Shown: positions 10,913 to 20,432, counted from the stretch's first letter. The stretch: 64,000 nucleotides of DNA from an uncultured Gammaproteobacteria bacterium (GCA_965653045.1 CBFGYM010000002.1:2192-66191); one strand, 5' to 3'. Notes: generated from the sequence alone by a model not told the origin. Program-made: numbers and translations.

Positions 10913-11632
10913 ATGAAACCCACTTTACAACATCGCCCTAACAGTGAATATGCTTATGAAGGCATTCGCGTTAAATTCGAGAAAGGAGAACCCCTCACCG
11001 CAGATCAGCTCAATTTTCTTTACAATTTCGAGAAATATCTAAGCGCGCATCATCAAGACTCGTTTCTTAAGTTTTATCTTAACCCTTATTATCGTCATCA
11101 TTCAGCGCAAGAATCTTTTCTCATTCACGGCGATACGTTTAACCTTGACACCATCAAACACCTTAAAAAACGTATTCATGCATTAATTGATGCGCATAAA
11201 CACCCTATTAGTTTTCACCTGAAGCCCGATCAATTCTTAGCATTCCGTGCAGCCACCACCAAAGAACTTATTTTATTTCACGGAAACCATTTCCTCACTG
11301 GTGCTCCCTTTTTCCCGGGCGGTGTTCCACACGTTATTTATTTTCAATGGGGTAACTTATTCGGCGTGGCTAAATATGCCATTTTAGCTGAAGAACACGC
11401 CGTTAAAGGCAACGTTTTTATTTATTTTGAAGACATGCACGAACGTTTGTTAACAGAATGTGTTCACACCTACCAATCTGAACACCTCATTAAACCACAA
11501 CCCACCCCACCTCTTACACCCAAACCCATTCCACAACCCGCCCCTAAACCAAACATCCAATCACCCTTTAGCATTCCCAAATTAACCCTCGCTCGTTTTC
11601 AATCATCAGACGACACTAAATCAAAGCGCTAA
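10913..11632 (+). CDS. hypothetical protein with proline-rich C-terminal tail
   Basis: The track ORF 10538-11632 overlaps the ABC-F gene. The first plausible start outside that gene is the ATG at 10913 (MKPTLQHRPN...). The tail reads KPQPTPPLTPKPIPQPAPKPNIQSP. No recognisable domain. Confidence 0.5.
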   Translation: MKPTLQHRPNSEYAYEGIRVKFEKGEPLTADQLNFLYNFEKYLSAHHQDSFLKFYLNPYYRHHSAQESFLIHGDTFNLDTIKHLKKRIHALIDAHKHPISFHLKPDQFLAFRAATTKELILFHGNHFLTGAPFFPGGVPHVIYFQWGNLFGVAKYAILAEEHAVKGNVFIYFEDMHERLLTECVHTYQSEHLIKPQPTPPLTPKPIPQPAPKPNIQSPFSIPKLTLARFQSSDDTKSKR

Positions 11633-12304
11633 ATAAGCCTTTCGTTCTTTGAGAGAAAAACGTTCAATTGCGTAACGTAGGGCGGTGCGGGGCATGGTGG
11701 GGCTGTGTTGATTGAGGAATTTTTTTAAGAGGGTGATGTCTCGTTTGCCAACTTCGCGCAGCATCCAGCCGGTGGCTTTGTGAAGAAGGTCTTCTTTGTC
11801 GTCCAATAATAATTTTGCGATTTTAAGCGTATCTTGGTGGTCGTCGTGACGAATGAACCACCACGTTGATACAATCGCAACGCGGCGTTCCCATCGATTT
11901 TTTGATTTTACTAACGTATATAAAATATCACGTTTACGTTCTAGTAAATACGCGCCTAATAAATACGGTGCACTGTCATCAACACCGTCCCAATCACGAA
12001 TATATTTGATGCCTTTTAAATAAAAAGTAATAATTTTTTCTTGTTCAGCATCATCCGCTTTTAAATATTGTCGACGCAATACAGCGTGCGCTAAAGAGCG
12101 CGCTTCGTGGATGTCTGATTTCATTAGCAGCCGTAATGAAGATAACGATAAACACTCAAATTCTTTCGCAATTTTTTTAATGTCAGCCGCAGGCACACCT
12201 AAAAAAATATCGTCTTTACAATGCTTAAAAAAAATAGGCGAACGCTTAGCCCGCGCCGCATCACCTCGGTCACGTAAACGCGCTATTGCGTGTTCATCAT
12301 TCAT
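11621..12304 (-). CDS. DNA alkylation repair protein (AlkD-like HEAT-repeat family)
   Basis: Helical-repeat protein resembling the DNA alkylation repair family (…WWFIRHDDHQDTLKIAKLLLDDKEDLLHKATGWMLREVGK…). The start is taken at the ATG at 12304, which has a GAGGA RBS. The alternative start is 12361. Confidence 0.65.
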   Translation of the reverse strand: MNDEHAIARLRDRGDAARAKRSPIFFKHCKDDIFLGVPAADIKKIAKEFECLSLSSLRLLMKSDIHEARSLAHAVLRRQYLKADDAEQEKIITFYLKGIKYIRDWDGVDDSAPYLLGAYLLERKRDILYTLVKSKNRWERRVAIVSTWWFIRHDDHQDTLKIAKLLLDDKEDLLHKATGWMLREVGKRDITLLKKFLNQHSPTMPRTALRYAIERFSLKERKAYLAL

Positions 12305-12383
12305 TCTCTTTTCCTCAGAAAGGCTATTGACCTTGTTCAAATTGTCCGGCAAGCTGAGCATTCATTTCAGAGTCGAGCGCGCC

Positions 12384-13187
12384 ATGAGCAACACGCCCAG
12401 CCACCTAAAAAAACATTATTGGTTAGTTTTTCAACAAGATTGCTTGCTGCTATTAAACCCCGAGGCAGAACAACCCTTCCCCGATGAAGCGCTGGTGTTA
12501 CCGCTTAAAACAAACTTTATCCGCGAGCATCTGCTATTGCAAGATGAAAATTCTTTAATTTACTGCGCTGAAATTGCTGAAAATAGCCCAATCACCGCTC
12601 CATTTACGATTATTTCATTACGTAACGCCCTCGAAGCGCTAGGCAGCGAATGGTATACCATTGCAGCGAAAGCTTATAGCATTATTCACTGGGATAAAAA
12701 CCACCGTTTTTGTGGCCGCTGTGGCGCTGCGACCTTCCAACCAGCCGAACGTTTTGAGCGCGTGTGCTCGAATTGCTCACTCACGTTTTACCCACGCATT
12801 TCACCTTCCATTATCGTATTAATCAAACGCGGCGATGAAGTGCTCATGGCGCGCAGCGCTCACTTTAAACCCGGTGTTTATGCCTTTATTGCGGGCTTTG
12901 TTGAACCCGGTGAAACCATAGAAGATGCCGTGCACCGTGAAGTCAAAGAAGAAGTCGGCATTACGATCAAAAATTTACAATATTTCGGCTCGCAAGCGTG
13001 GCCTTTCCCTGATTCTTTAATGCTTGCGTTTTACGCCGACTATGACAGCGGTGAATTGCAACTCGACCCTTTTGAAATTGAAGATGCAGGTTGGTATCAT
13101 TATAATCATCTACCGGGTCGTCCTTCTTCACAAGTGAGCATTGCCGCTAAATTACTTGATCATTATCTTAGGAGTAAGCAAGCATGA
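12384..13187 (+). CDS. nudC: NADH pyrophosphatase (Nudix)
   Basis: Zn-ribbon CGRCGAAT...CSNCS followed by the Nudix box GFVEPGETIEDAVHREVKEEVGI. Start at the ATG at 12384 (MSNTPSHL...); the track start at 12111 lies antisense inside the neighbouring gene. Confidence 0.85.
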   Translation: MSNTPSHLKKHYWLVFQQDCLLLLNPEAEQPFPDEALVLPLKTNFIREHLLLQDENSLIYCAEIAENSPITAPFTIISLRNALEALGSEWYTIAAKAYSIIHWDKNHRFCGRCGAATFQPAERFERVCSNCSLTFYPRISPSIIVLIKRGDEVLMARSAHFKPGVYAFIAGFVEPGETIEDAVHREVKEEVGITIKNLQYFGSQAWPFPDSLMLAFYADYDSGELQLDPFEIEDAGWYHYNHLPGRPSSQVSIAAKLLDHYLRSKQA

Positions 13188-14188
13188 ACATTCGCGATAA
13201 TTGGTGGGAAGAAAAACGCTCTGCTTACTTATACGGCATTATGGCAAGCACTGAAAAAAATCATTTACATAAAAAATTATTCTTCGATTTACAAGCAGCT
13301 GCCGAAAGACAAGCTGCTAGCTGGGCGAAAACATTTCACGAAAAATATCCCAACGAAACATTAACCTTCCAACTCGATTTTCGTACAAAACTGGTTACGC
13401 AACTCGTTCGCTTATTAGGCGTTGAACGTGTTCATTTCATTTTATCTGCCATGAAAATTCGCGGCATGTCTGTGTTTTCAAAATTCCACAGTGAACATCG
13501 CCACACCAGCGGCAGCAGCGCTAATAATATACGTGCCGCCGTGTTTGGTATTAACGATGGCTTAGTTTCAAATATGAGTTTAATTTTAGGAATTGCAGGC
13601 GCGAATGCCAGCCCACAAGTGATCATTCTTGCGGGAGTTGCTGGTTTACTCGCCGGCGCGTGCTCCATGGGGGCAGGCGAATATATTTCTGTGCGCACCC
13701 AACGCGAAGTCTACGAATATCAAATTGCCATTGAAGAAGAAGAATTACGAGAATATCCTGAAGAAGAAATTGATGAGCTCACCTTAATTTATCAAGCGCG
13801 TGGCATTCCGAAAGAACAAGCACTTCAGCTCGCGACCATCATGATTAACAATCCTGAAACAGGCTTAAACACTCTTGCACGTGAAGAGCTGGGTTTAAAC
13901 CCTGATGATTTAGTCTCCCCAGTCGGTGCCATGCTTTCATCTTTCTTTGCTTTTGCTATCGGCGCCTTTATTCCGCTCGTGCCGTTTTTAAGACACGATG
14001 GCAGCTTGTCTTTATATTACAGCATGGGGTTCACAGGCATTGCCTTATTTTGCATTGGCGCGGCCTTGAGTTTATTCAGCAACCGTAATGCCATTTGGTT
14101 AGGCTTAAGAATGCTTGGTATTGGTGCCGCCGCAGGCGCCGTGACCTATGAAATAGGGCGGCTCCTGGGCGTGACCTTAGGGGCGTAA
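13184..14188 (+). CDS. VIT1/CCC1-family (iron/manganese) transporter
   Basis: 334 aa with GEYISVRTQRE, a central acidic loop (EEEELREYPEEEIDE) and C-terminal TM helices typical of the VIT family. Confidence 0.7.
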   Translation: MNIRDNWWEEKRSAYLYGIMASTEKNHLHKKLFFDLQAAAERQAASWAKTFHEKYPNETLTFQLDFRTKLVTQLVRLLGVERVHFILSAMKIRGMSVFSKFHSEHRHTSGSSANNIRAAVFGINDGLVSNMSLILGIAGANASPQVIILAGVAGLLAGACSMGAGEYISVRTQREVYEYQIAIEEEELREYPEEEIDELTLIYQARGIPKEQALQLATIMINNPETGLNTLAREELGLNPDDLVSPVGAMLSSFFAFAIGAFIPLVPFLRHDGSLSLYYSMGFTGIALFCIGAALSLFSNRNAIWLGLRMLGIGAAAGAVTYEIGRLLGVTLGA

Positions 14189-14194
14189 GCGTTG

Positions 14195-14398
14195 TTATTT
14201 CTTGAATTTATCAAGATATAATAAATAGCCTAAATACCCTGCGCCTGCGCCAATGGCAATTAATACTAAACGGCCGAGCACGGTGCCTAAAATCGCTTCA
14301 ATTAAATTAAAGCCAAATAAGCCCATTAACCCTAAGTTGATACCGCCTACTAACAAGGCAATATAAGCGACCCAACCATAGATGTTAAATTCTTTCAT
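14195..14398 (-). CDS. DUF378-type small membrane protein
   Basis: MKEFNIYGWVAYIALLVGGINLGLMGLFGFNLIE... The ATG at 14398 is preceded by an AAGGAG RBS. The track start at 14413 is a TTG inside that RBS region. Confidence 0.6.
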   Translation of the reverse strand: MKEFNIYGWVAYIALLVGGINLGLMGLFGFNLIEAILGTVLGRLVLIAIGAGAGYLGYLLYLDKFKK

Positions 14399-14499
14399 GA
14401 GACACTCCTTCAAAGTGAAATCAATCGGTTACCGCCCATCAGCATATCAGAAACCAAATAAACGTGCGAGCCCTCGCAAACCCAGTTAGAATACGGCCT

Positions 14500-15162
14500 A
14501 TGAACCTTACGTCCACACAAGTGCATTTATATTTTTTCAGTCTGGCACTGCCAGAACCGGCCAAAGCGCAGGCGCTTGCCCTGCTTTCACCGGCTGAGCA
14601 GGCCCGCGCGGCACAGTTTCGCTTTCCACATCATCGTGATTCTTTCATTGCGGCGCATGCAAAGTTGCGTAACGTATTAGCAACCTATCAAGGGAGTGAC
14701 CCTGCAGCCTTGGTGTTTGAAACCGGTGTGCATGGTAAACCTGCGTTGTTAGCATCCGAATTCACATTTAATTTAGCGCATTCGCACGACTTTGGCTTGA
14801 TTGCCGTGGGTAAAAAATTGGCTCTGGGGGTCGACATTGAAAAATATCAAGACAAAGCCAAACTCGATGTTGCTGAGCGGTTTTTTAGCGTGGATGAAGT
14901 GCGATATTTACACAGCCTCAGTGAGGCTGAACAAAAGCAGGCTTTTTATCATGTGTGGGCGAAGAAAGAATCTGTGGTAAAAGCCATAGGCACGGGCATA
15001 CAGCAATCACTAACTTCTTTTACGGTGCCCTTATCAACTTTACCGGGTGATGTCATTATTGAAAATCAAACTTGGCGGGTTCGCACATTAAATATAAGCC
15101 CCGATTTCGCGGCGGCTTTGGCAACACACCCCAGTGTCACCGACGTGCTTGTCCAAAAATAA
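14500..15162 (+). CDS. 4'-phosphopantetheinyl transferase (Sfp type)
   Basis: Motifs GKPAL, FNLAHSHDFGLIAV, GVDIE and WAKKESVVKAIG. Start taken at the ATG at 14500. Confidence 0.8.
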   Translation: MNLTSTQVHLYFFSLALPEPAKAQALALLSPAEQARAAQFRFPHHRDSFIAAHAKLRNVLATYQGSDPAALVFETGVHGKPALLASEFTFNLAHSHDFGLIAVGKKLALGVDIEKYQDKAKLDVAERFFSVDEVRYLHSLSEAEQKQAFYHVWAKKESVVKAIGTGIQQSLTSFTVPLSTLPGDVIIENQTWRVRTLNISPDFAAALATHPSVTDVLVQK

Positions 15163-15272
15163 TACTTCCAAAAACGTACAGGCTTGTCAGCTTATACGCA
15201 CAACGTTCAAACCTACTTTCACGCTATACTGAATTTAACTTCCCCCCCTCTTTTTCATGCAAGGAGTCTCAC

Positions 15273-15611
15273 ATGCCCTACCAAACATTTGAAAACCACT
15301 GGAAAATTTTTACAGATTTGGTAGACGAGATTCCTGAGGTGAAAGACGAGAAAATGAAAACCTTACAAGAACGTTATGTTGAGCAGAACATCCATATTTT
15401 AAACGATGTTTTGTTAACGAGTATTGAAAATTTGCAGCGTTTAAAAGTGGCTAAAAATTCAAATGATGTAATTTGCGCACAAGCACGCTTAACCAATGAC
15501 GTTAGCAAAAAATTATCACTCTCGGCGCAACGGTTTTTAAACGCTTCCCTTGGGCATATTGCCGATTATAATGATTGGTTAAAAGCCCATTGTGATTTAG
15601 CCACCGATTAA
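15273..15611 (+). CDS. small helical protein, possibly phasin-like
   Basis: 112-aa ORF beginning at the ATG at 15273 behind an AAGGAG RBS (15261-15266). It is all-helical with a weak resemblance to phasin family proteins. The longer track ORF (15072) overlaps the PPTase gene. Confidence 0.35.
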   Translation: MPYQTFENHWKIFTDLVDEIPEVKDEKMKTLQERYVEQNIHILNDVLLTSIENLQRLKVAKNSNDVICAQARLTNDVSKKLSLSAQRFLNASLGHIADYNDWLKAHCDLATD

Positions 15612-15683
15612 ATACACCCCTTGCAACACGCACCACATCCGGGCAGAATCGAAACTATTGCTAGCAAAACCGAGGTTGCCCGT

Positions 15684-16919
15684 ATGTCTTGCCTTTATTA
15701 TTCTGATAATCAATTAACCATTGAAAACACGCCCATACACCGCATTATTGAAAACGTCGGCACACCCGCTTATGTTTACAGTCAACAAACCCTTTTAAAC
15801 AATTACCAACAATTAACTAACGCGTTTAAACAACAACCCCATACCGTGTGTTATGCCGTCAAAGCCAATAGCAATTTACACTTATTGCGTTTACTGGCTG
15901 AGGCGGGGTCTGGCTTTGATGTGGTTTCCCTGGGTGAATTACAACGCGTGATTGAAGCTGGCGGCAGCGCGCAAAAAACCATTTTCTCTGGTGTTGCTAA
16001 AACTGAATTTGAACTACGTGAAGCGATACGCTTGGGTATTTATTGCATCGATATTGAATCAGAAGCAGAATTCGAACGCTTAGCCGATATTGCTGCGGAA
16101 TTGACACAACCGGTGAAGGTTGCTATTCGTGTCAACCCCAACATTGATGCGCAAACACACGCGCATATTTCCACGGGCTCTTATGCCAATAAATTTGGTG
16201 TGCCGTCTTCTGAAGTCATTACACTGGCAAAAACCATTGCCAATACACCCCACTTAAAACTGATTGGCTTAGCCGCACACATCGGCTCACAAATGACAAC
16301 GCTCGACCCCATTATCGCTTCCGTCACCCATTTATTGTCATTAATTGAAACTTTATCAACCCTAAATATTCACCTGACACACATTAATATTGGCGGCGGT
16401 TTGGGCATACCCTATCGTGATGAAACTCCACCCAGTTTTGATGCTTACGGCACCGCAATTTGCACATTATTAAAAAACAAAAAATTAAACTTAATGTTAG
16501 AACCCGGCCGCGCTTTAATTGCAAATGCAGGGTGCTTAGTCACACGTATTGAATATATCAAACAAACGCCTGAGAAAAATTTTTTATTAGTCGATGCCGG
16601 CATGAATGATTTAATGCGCCCGGCTTTATACGAAGCTTGGCATAATATTCTACCGCTTACGTTATCAGAGGCACCACTCGTCAATTACGATATTGCAGGA
16701 CCTGTGTGTGAATCCGCTGATTTTTTAGGCAAAGATAGACCGCTTGCCGTTAAAGCCGGTGATTATTTAGTGGTGGCTGATGCTGGCGCTTATGGTTTTA
16801 GCATGAGTTCGAATTATAACTCACGCTATCGTCCGGTTGAAGTCTTAGTGCATGATCAAACCTTTCGTGTTATTCGTCGACGAGAAACTTTTGCAGACAC
16901 CATTGCCATGGAGGCATAA
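15684..16919 (+). CDS. lysA: diaminopimelate decarboxylase
   Basis: PLP-lysine motif YAVKAN, GGGLGIPY, EPGRALIA and GPVCESADFL. Start at the ATG at 15684 (MSCLYYSDNQL...). Confidence 0.9.
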   Translation: MSCLYYSDNQLTIENTPIHRIIENVGTPAYVYSQQTLLNNYQQLTNAFKQQPHTVCYAVKANSNLHLLRLLAEAGSGFDVVSLGELQRVIEAGGSAQKTIFSGVAKTEFELREAIRLGIYCIDIESEAEFERLADIAAELTQPVKVAIRVNPNIDAQTHAHISTGSYANKFGVPSSEVITLAKTIANTPHLKLIGLAAHIGSQMTTLDPIIASVTHLLSLIETLSTLNIHLTHINIGGGLGIPYRDETPPSFDAYGTAICTLLKNKKLNLMLEPGRALIANAGCLVTRIEYIKQTPEKNFLLVDAGMNDLMRPALYEAWHNILPLTLSEAPLVNYDIAGPVCESADFLGKDRPLAVKAGDYLVVADAGAYGFSMSSNYNSRYRPVEVLVHDQTFRVIRRRETFADTIAMEA

Positions 16920-16921
16920 AA

Positions 16922-18067
16922 ATGGATTTTCGCTTAACGCCCGATCAACTCGCTATTCAAGCGATGGTTCACACCTTTGCTGAGAATGAAATTGCTCCGC
17001 ATGCAGCCGAATGGGATAAAACCCATTATTTTCCGCAATCTATTTTAAAAAAAGCGGCAACGCTGGGGTTAGCAGCCATTACTGTCAAAGAAGACGTTGG
17101 TGGTTCAGGGTTGAGCCGCGTTGATAGCGCTTTAATTTTTGAAGCTTTGGCAACGGCATGCCCTTCAACCGCTGCGTATTTATCCATACACAATATGGTG
17201 GCATGGTTAATTGATCATTACGCGAATGAACCCTTACGCCACGCGTGGTTGCCTCGCATGAGTCAATTAGACGTGTTTTCTAGTTATTGTTTAACCGAAC
17301 CCAATGCGGGGTCCGATGCCGCTTCTTTAAAAACCACGGCAATCAAACAAGGCGATTATTATCTTTTAAACGGCGCAAAGGCCTTTATTTCTGGCGGATC
17401 GGTCAGTGATTTATACGCCGTGATGGTTCGCACGGGTGGGGAAGGGTCTGACGGTATTAGTTGTGTGTTAGTTGAAAAAGACACCCCGGGTTTACATTTT
17501 GGTAAGTGTGAAGATAAGCTCGGCTGGCATAGTCAACCAACAGCGATGGTGTATTTTGAAAATTGCAAAGTGCCCGTGAGTAACCGTGTGGGGGAAGAAG
17601 GGCAAGGGTTTAAAATGGCTTTGTCTGCACTCAATGGTGGGCGTATTAATATTGCCGCGTGTTCATTGGGGGGCGCGAAAGCGTGTTTAGACCATACCAA
17701 AACTTATTTACAAGAACGTTCGCAGTTCAAACAAAAGTTGGCGCAGTTTGAAGCTTTGCAGTTTCGGTTTGCCGATATGTTAACCGAGTGGGAAGCATCG
17801 CGTTTGATGGTCTACCGTGCGGCGCATGCCCTAGATACACAAGACCCGCAAGCCATCACGTATTGCGCGATGGCAAAACGTTTTGCAACCGATGCCTGTT
17901 TTAATATCACCAATCACGCCATGCAATTGCACGGCGGCTACGGTTATTTGACGGAATACCCGATTGAGCGTTACTTTCGTGACTTACGCGTGCATTCTAT
18001 ATTAGAAGGCACGAATGAAATTATGCGCTTAATTATTGCGAAACAGGTGTTAGGTCGTGCAAAATAA
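16922..18067 (+). CDS. acyl-CoA dehydrogenase (short/branched-chain type)
   Basis: 381 aa with typical ACAD motifs (CLTEPNAGSD, AFISGG, ILEGTNEIMRLII). Confidence 0.85.
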   Translation: MDFRLTPDQLAIQAMVHTFAENEIAPHAAEWDKTHYFPQSILKKAATLGLAAITVKEDVGGSGLSRVDSALIFEALATACPSTAAYLSIHNMVAWLIDHYANEPLRHAWLPRMSQLDVFSSYCLTEPNAGSDAASLKTTAIKQGDYYLLNGAKAFISGGSVSDLYAVMVRTGGEGSDGISCVLVEKDTPGLHFGKCEDKLGWHSQPTAMVYFENCKVPVSNRVGEEGQGFKMALSALNGGRINIAACSLGGAKACLDHTKTYLQERSQFKQKLAQFEALQFRFADMLTEWEASRLMVYRAAHALDTQDPQAITYCAMAKRFATDACFNITNHAMQLHGGYGYLTEYPIERYFRDLRVHSILEGTNEIMRLIIAKQVLGRAK

Positions 18068-18183
18068 TATCTGATTTATAACTTATGTTTATAATTTAAT
18101 CTTGTGTGAGATATTTCTGGTCTCAATGCTATCTTTTTTTTATAAAATGAGAGAAAATTGCATAAAGTGTTTCTTAAAAATGG

Positions 18184-18996
18184 ATGAACATGGCAAATTC
18201 ACCCTTAAAGTTGACCGGCGTTGCACTCACTGAGGCGAATATCAGTCACTTTTTGAAACAAAAACCTGCCGTGGCCTGGGTTGAAGTAAATACTGAACAT
18301 CATCTCGTTGAAGGCGGCCGCATTAAACATCAATTACATCAACTTCGAGAACACTATCCGGTGAGTTTACACGGGTTGGGTTTATCACTCGCGTCACAAG
18401 ATGAATTAAATTGGTCGTATCTTTCTAAACTCCGTCAATTATGCCAACAGATTGATGCGTGTTTGGTGTCTGATCATTTAGCGTGGTCGTCATTGAATGG
18501 ACATTATTTTCATCAGACTTTGCCGTTTCCTTATACCGAAGAAATGCTTGTCGCCCTAATTGCACGTGTTGAGCGAGCGCAAGAAATGTTAGGTCGGCAA
18601 ATTTTAATTGAAAATTGCGTGCAGCACGTGCATTTTTCACAGAACACCTTGACCGAAGCTGAATTTTTAAATGAACTCGCGAAAGCCACACACTGTGGTA
18701 TTTTGTTAGACTTAAGCGCCGTGTATGTGAGTGTTGAACACACCGGTTTAACAATTATTGATTATTTAAAAACGTTATCAGGTCACTTCATTCAAGAAAT
18801 TCATTTGGGCGCTGTGAATAAGCACGAGACAATTTCACCGGCGCTATGGGATATGTATGCGGAAGTGATTAAACACGTCGGTCGCAAGCCCACTATCATT
18901 GAATCTGAATTGTCACTTGAAGATATCACCGCTGATGCACAACACGCAGAATTGCGCATGAGAGAAACCTATGTTGCCACAAAATTGGCAGGATGA
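18184..18996 (+). CDS. DUF692/UPF0276 family protein (MNIO-type putative peptide-modifying oxidase)
   Basis: 270 aa. The WVEVNTEHHL...YPVSLHGLGLSLAS...LVSDHLAW pattern is typical of DUF692. Confidence 0.75.
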   Translation: MNMANSPLKLTGVALTEANISHFLKQKPAVAWVEVNTEHHLVEGGRIKHQLHQLREHYPVSLHGLGLSLASQDELNWSYLSKLRQLCQQIDACLVSDHLAWSSLNGHYFHQTLPFPYTEEMLVALIARVERAQEMLGRQILIENCVQHVHFSQNTLTEAEFLNELAKATHCGILLDLSAVYVSVEHTGLTIIDYLKTLSGHFIQEIHLGAVNKHETISPALWDMYAEVIKHVGRKPTIIESELSLEDITADAQHAELRMRETYVATKLAG

Positions 18997-19693
18997 TTTT
19001 GCTGAATCGTTGAATAGTGATCACCCGTTTGCGGAGGGTGCATCGCCGCTGGCAAATTTGCAAATTTATCATCGTGATTATCAAATAAAATTAATTGAGG
19101 CTTTGAAAAAAACGTTTGCGCTGACTTATGCAGAATTAGGCGAGGAACAATTTACCATCGTTGCGAAATCGTATATCACGCAATATCCCCCTTCTCAGCC
19201 TTTGTTGCATGCGTATGGTGAATATTTTTCAACGTTATTGCGTGAAGAAGAAAGCACGCAACACATGAGTTATTTATCTGAGTTGGCTGATTATGAATGG
19301 TCGTTTCATTTAAGTGATTTAGCGCCGGCTGCAGACTGTTTAACATTGTCGGCCTTAGATATTATTCATCAAGAAAACCCCCAAACAATTTTTTTAAGTT
19401 TGCACCCAACAGTAAAGTTATTAGAATATCGCTCTCCCATTCTAAGCATTATTTCTTCGGCGGAATTTGCTCCCTCCGCTGAACATACCTATTGCCTCTT
19501 ACACCGCCCGGCAAATGATGTTTGTGTCATCCCACTCACCTTAGCCGATTACACATTCCTCTCCATCCTCGCCGACAACCAACCCCTCAGCACCGCCCTC
19601 GCAACCTCGCCCGTTGGCCCAAAACTGCCGTATTTTATCGAGTTAGGCCTGTTTTGCGAGTTAGATTGCACTCGTTTTCAAACGAAACTCTGA
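18971..19693 (+). CDS. DUF2063-type partner protein of DUF692
   Basis: 240 aa, overlapping the DUF692 gene by 26 nt. The N-terminal region (LQIYHRDYQIKLIEALKKTF) resembles the DUF2063 family that normally follows DUF692. Confidence 0.6.
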   Translation: MLPQNWQDDFAESLNSDHPFAEGASPLANLQIYHRDYQIKLIEALKKTFALTYAELGEEQFTIVAKSYITQYPPSQPLLHAYGEYFSTLLREEESTQHMSYLSELADYEWSFHLSDLAPAADCLTLSALDIIHQENPQTIFLSLHPTVKLLEYRSPILSIISSAEFAPSAEHTYCLLHRPANDVCVIPLTLADYTFLSILADNQPLSTALATSPVGPKLPYFIELGLFCELDCTRFQTKL

Positions 19694-19885
19694 AATTGCG
19701 TCTATTTTCAAACAATCGCGTGCGTTTTCACACCTTCTTTTAGATTCGCAGCGATTTTTTGACATATCTTTCGTGTTTTAAGCGAATATATCCTATCATT
19801 TTCTACACTTAGGCATGCATTATATGAGCAAAATTCCCGTGGGTTACGCTGCAATCTGCGAAAAACTGACTCTTCCCCAAATAAG

Positions 19886-20281
19886 GTCAATACTGTTTCT
19901 CACCATTCCGGTATTCTGCAAAATGATATTAACGCACTTATCAATCGATTAAACAGCCATAATGATGCTAACAAACGCTCACTTGCCGATCAATTAAGAA
20001 CATTCAAAGCGCTTTCTATTTGCATGATGGCAATTGGGGCGTTATTGGCAACCATCGGTACACTTTCATTACTTGTTTCTGCCGGCATGATTACAACCGG
20101 TGCACTTGCGCCCTTAGGTATGATAACTGCTGCTGGTGCTGGCGTGATGACCTTTTTTGGCGTCATCATTACAACTGCAGGCGCTGGTCTATTTGCAACA
20201 CGCCATGAACTCAAAAACCCACTTCACAGCCTAAAAACCATCGAAACCACGTTGAAAAAGCAAACCAACCTAAAAAAATAA
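19886..20281 (+). pseudogene. truncated member of the GTPase-hairpin family: C-terminal hydrophobic module only, no GTPase domain
   Basis: The frame is open from 19763 but the first ATG is at 20024. Translation ...INALINRLNSHNDANKRSLADQLRTFKALSICMMAIGALLATIG...LAPLGMITAAGAG...LFATRHELKNPLHSLKTIETTLKK aligns with the C-termini of the ORFs at 21708, 22986 and 24129. The DNA string atttgcatgatggcaattgggg is shared with 23857-23878. Confidence 0.65.
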
Positions 20282-20337
20282 CCGGTATGACCGCCTCCAT
20301 TTCAACGATACCTGATCTTGCAACACTTTTGTAGATA

Positions 20338-20432
20338 CTAAGAACAGGGCGGTTGGTTAAACCGCCTTTCAAATTCAGATGGTGATGCGTATTCTAAGGT
20401 TGAATGACGTCTTTGGTTATTATAAAACACTG
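20338..20432 (-). mobile_element. IS3-family transposase C-terminal remnant
   Basis: The minus-strand translation VFYNNQRRHSTLEYASPSEFERRFNQPPCS-stop matches the conserved C-terminal end of rve-type IS3 transposases (FYNxxRxHSxLxYxSPxEFE). Nothing upstream is retained. Confidence 0.7.

Noticed and set aside
12111-12383. The N-terminal 91 codons of track ORF 12111-13187 (nudC).
   Set aside because: They lie antisense to the AlkD-like gene, and NudC homology begins at the ATG at 12384.
15072-15272. The N-terminal extension of track ORF 15072-15611.
   Set aside because: It overlaps the PPTase 3' end. A strong AAGGAG RBS precedes the internal ATG at 15273.
18147-18233. An unlisted 28-codon ORF (MRENCIKCFLKMDEHGKFTLKVDRRCTH, 3 Cys) just upstream of and overlapping the DUF692 gene, considered as a possible RiPP precursor.
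   Set aside because: It has no Shine-Dalgarno sequence and no signal or leader-like region. It overlaps the conserved N-terminus of the DUF692 ORF out of frame. This is too weak to call and is mentioned only as the sole candidate.
19824-19952. A 42-codon ORF (MSKIPVGYAAICEKLTLPQIRSILFLTIPVFCKMILTHLSID) in the gap after DUF2063.
   Set aside because: It lies in a different frame across the region that aligns, in another frame, with the linker of the GTPase paralogs. It is most likely a by-product of the degraded gene.
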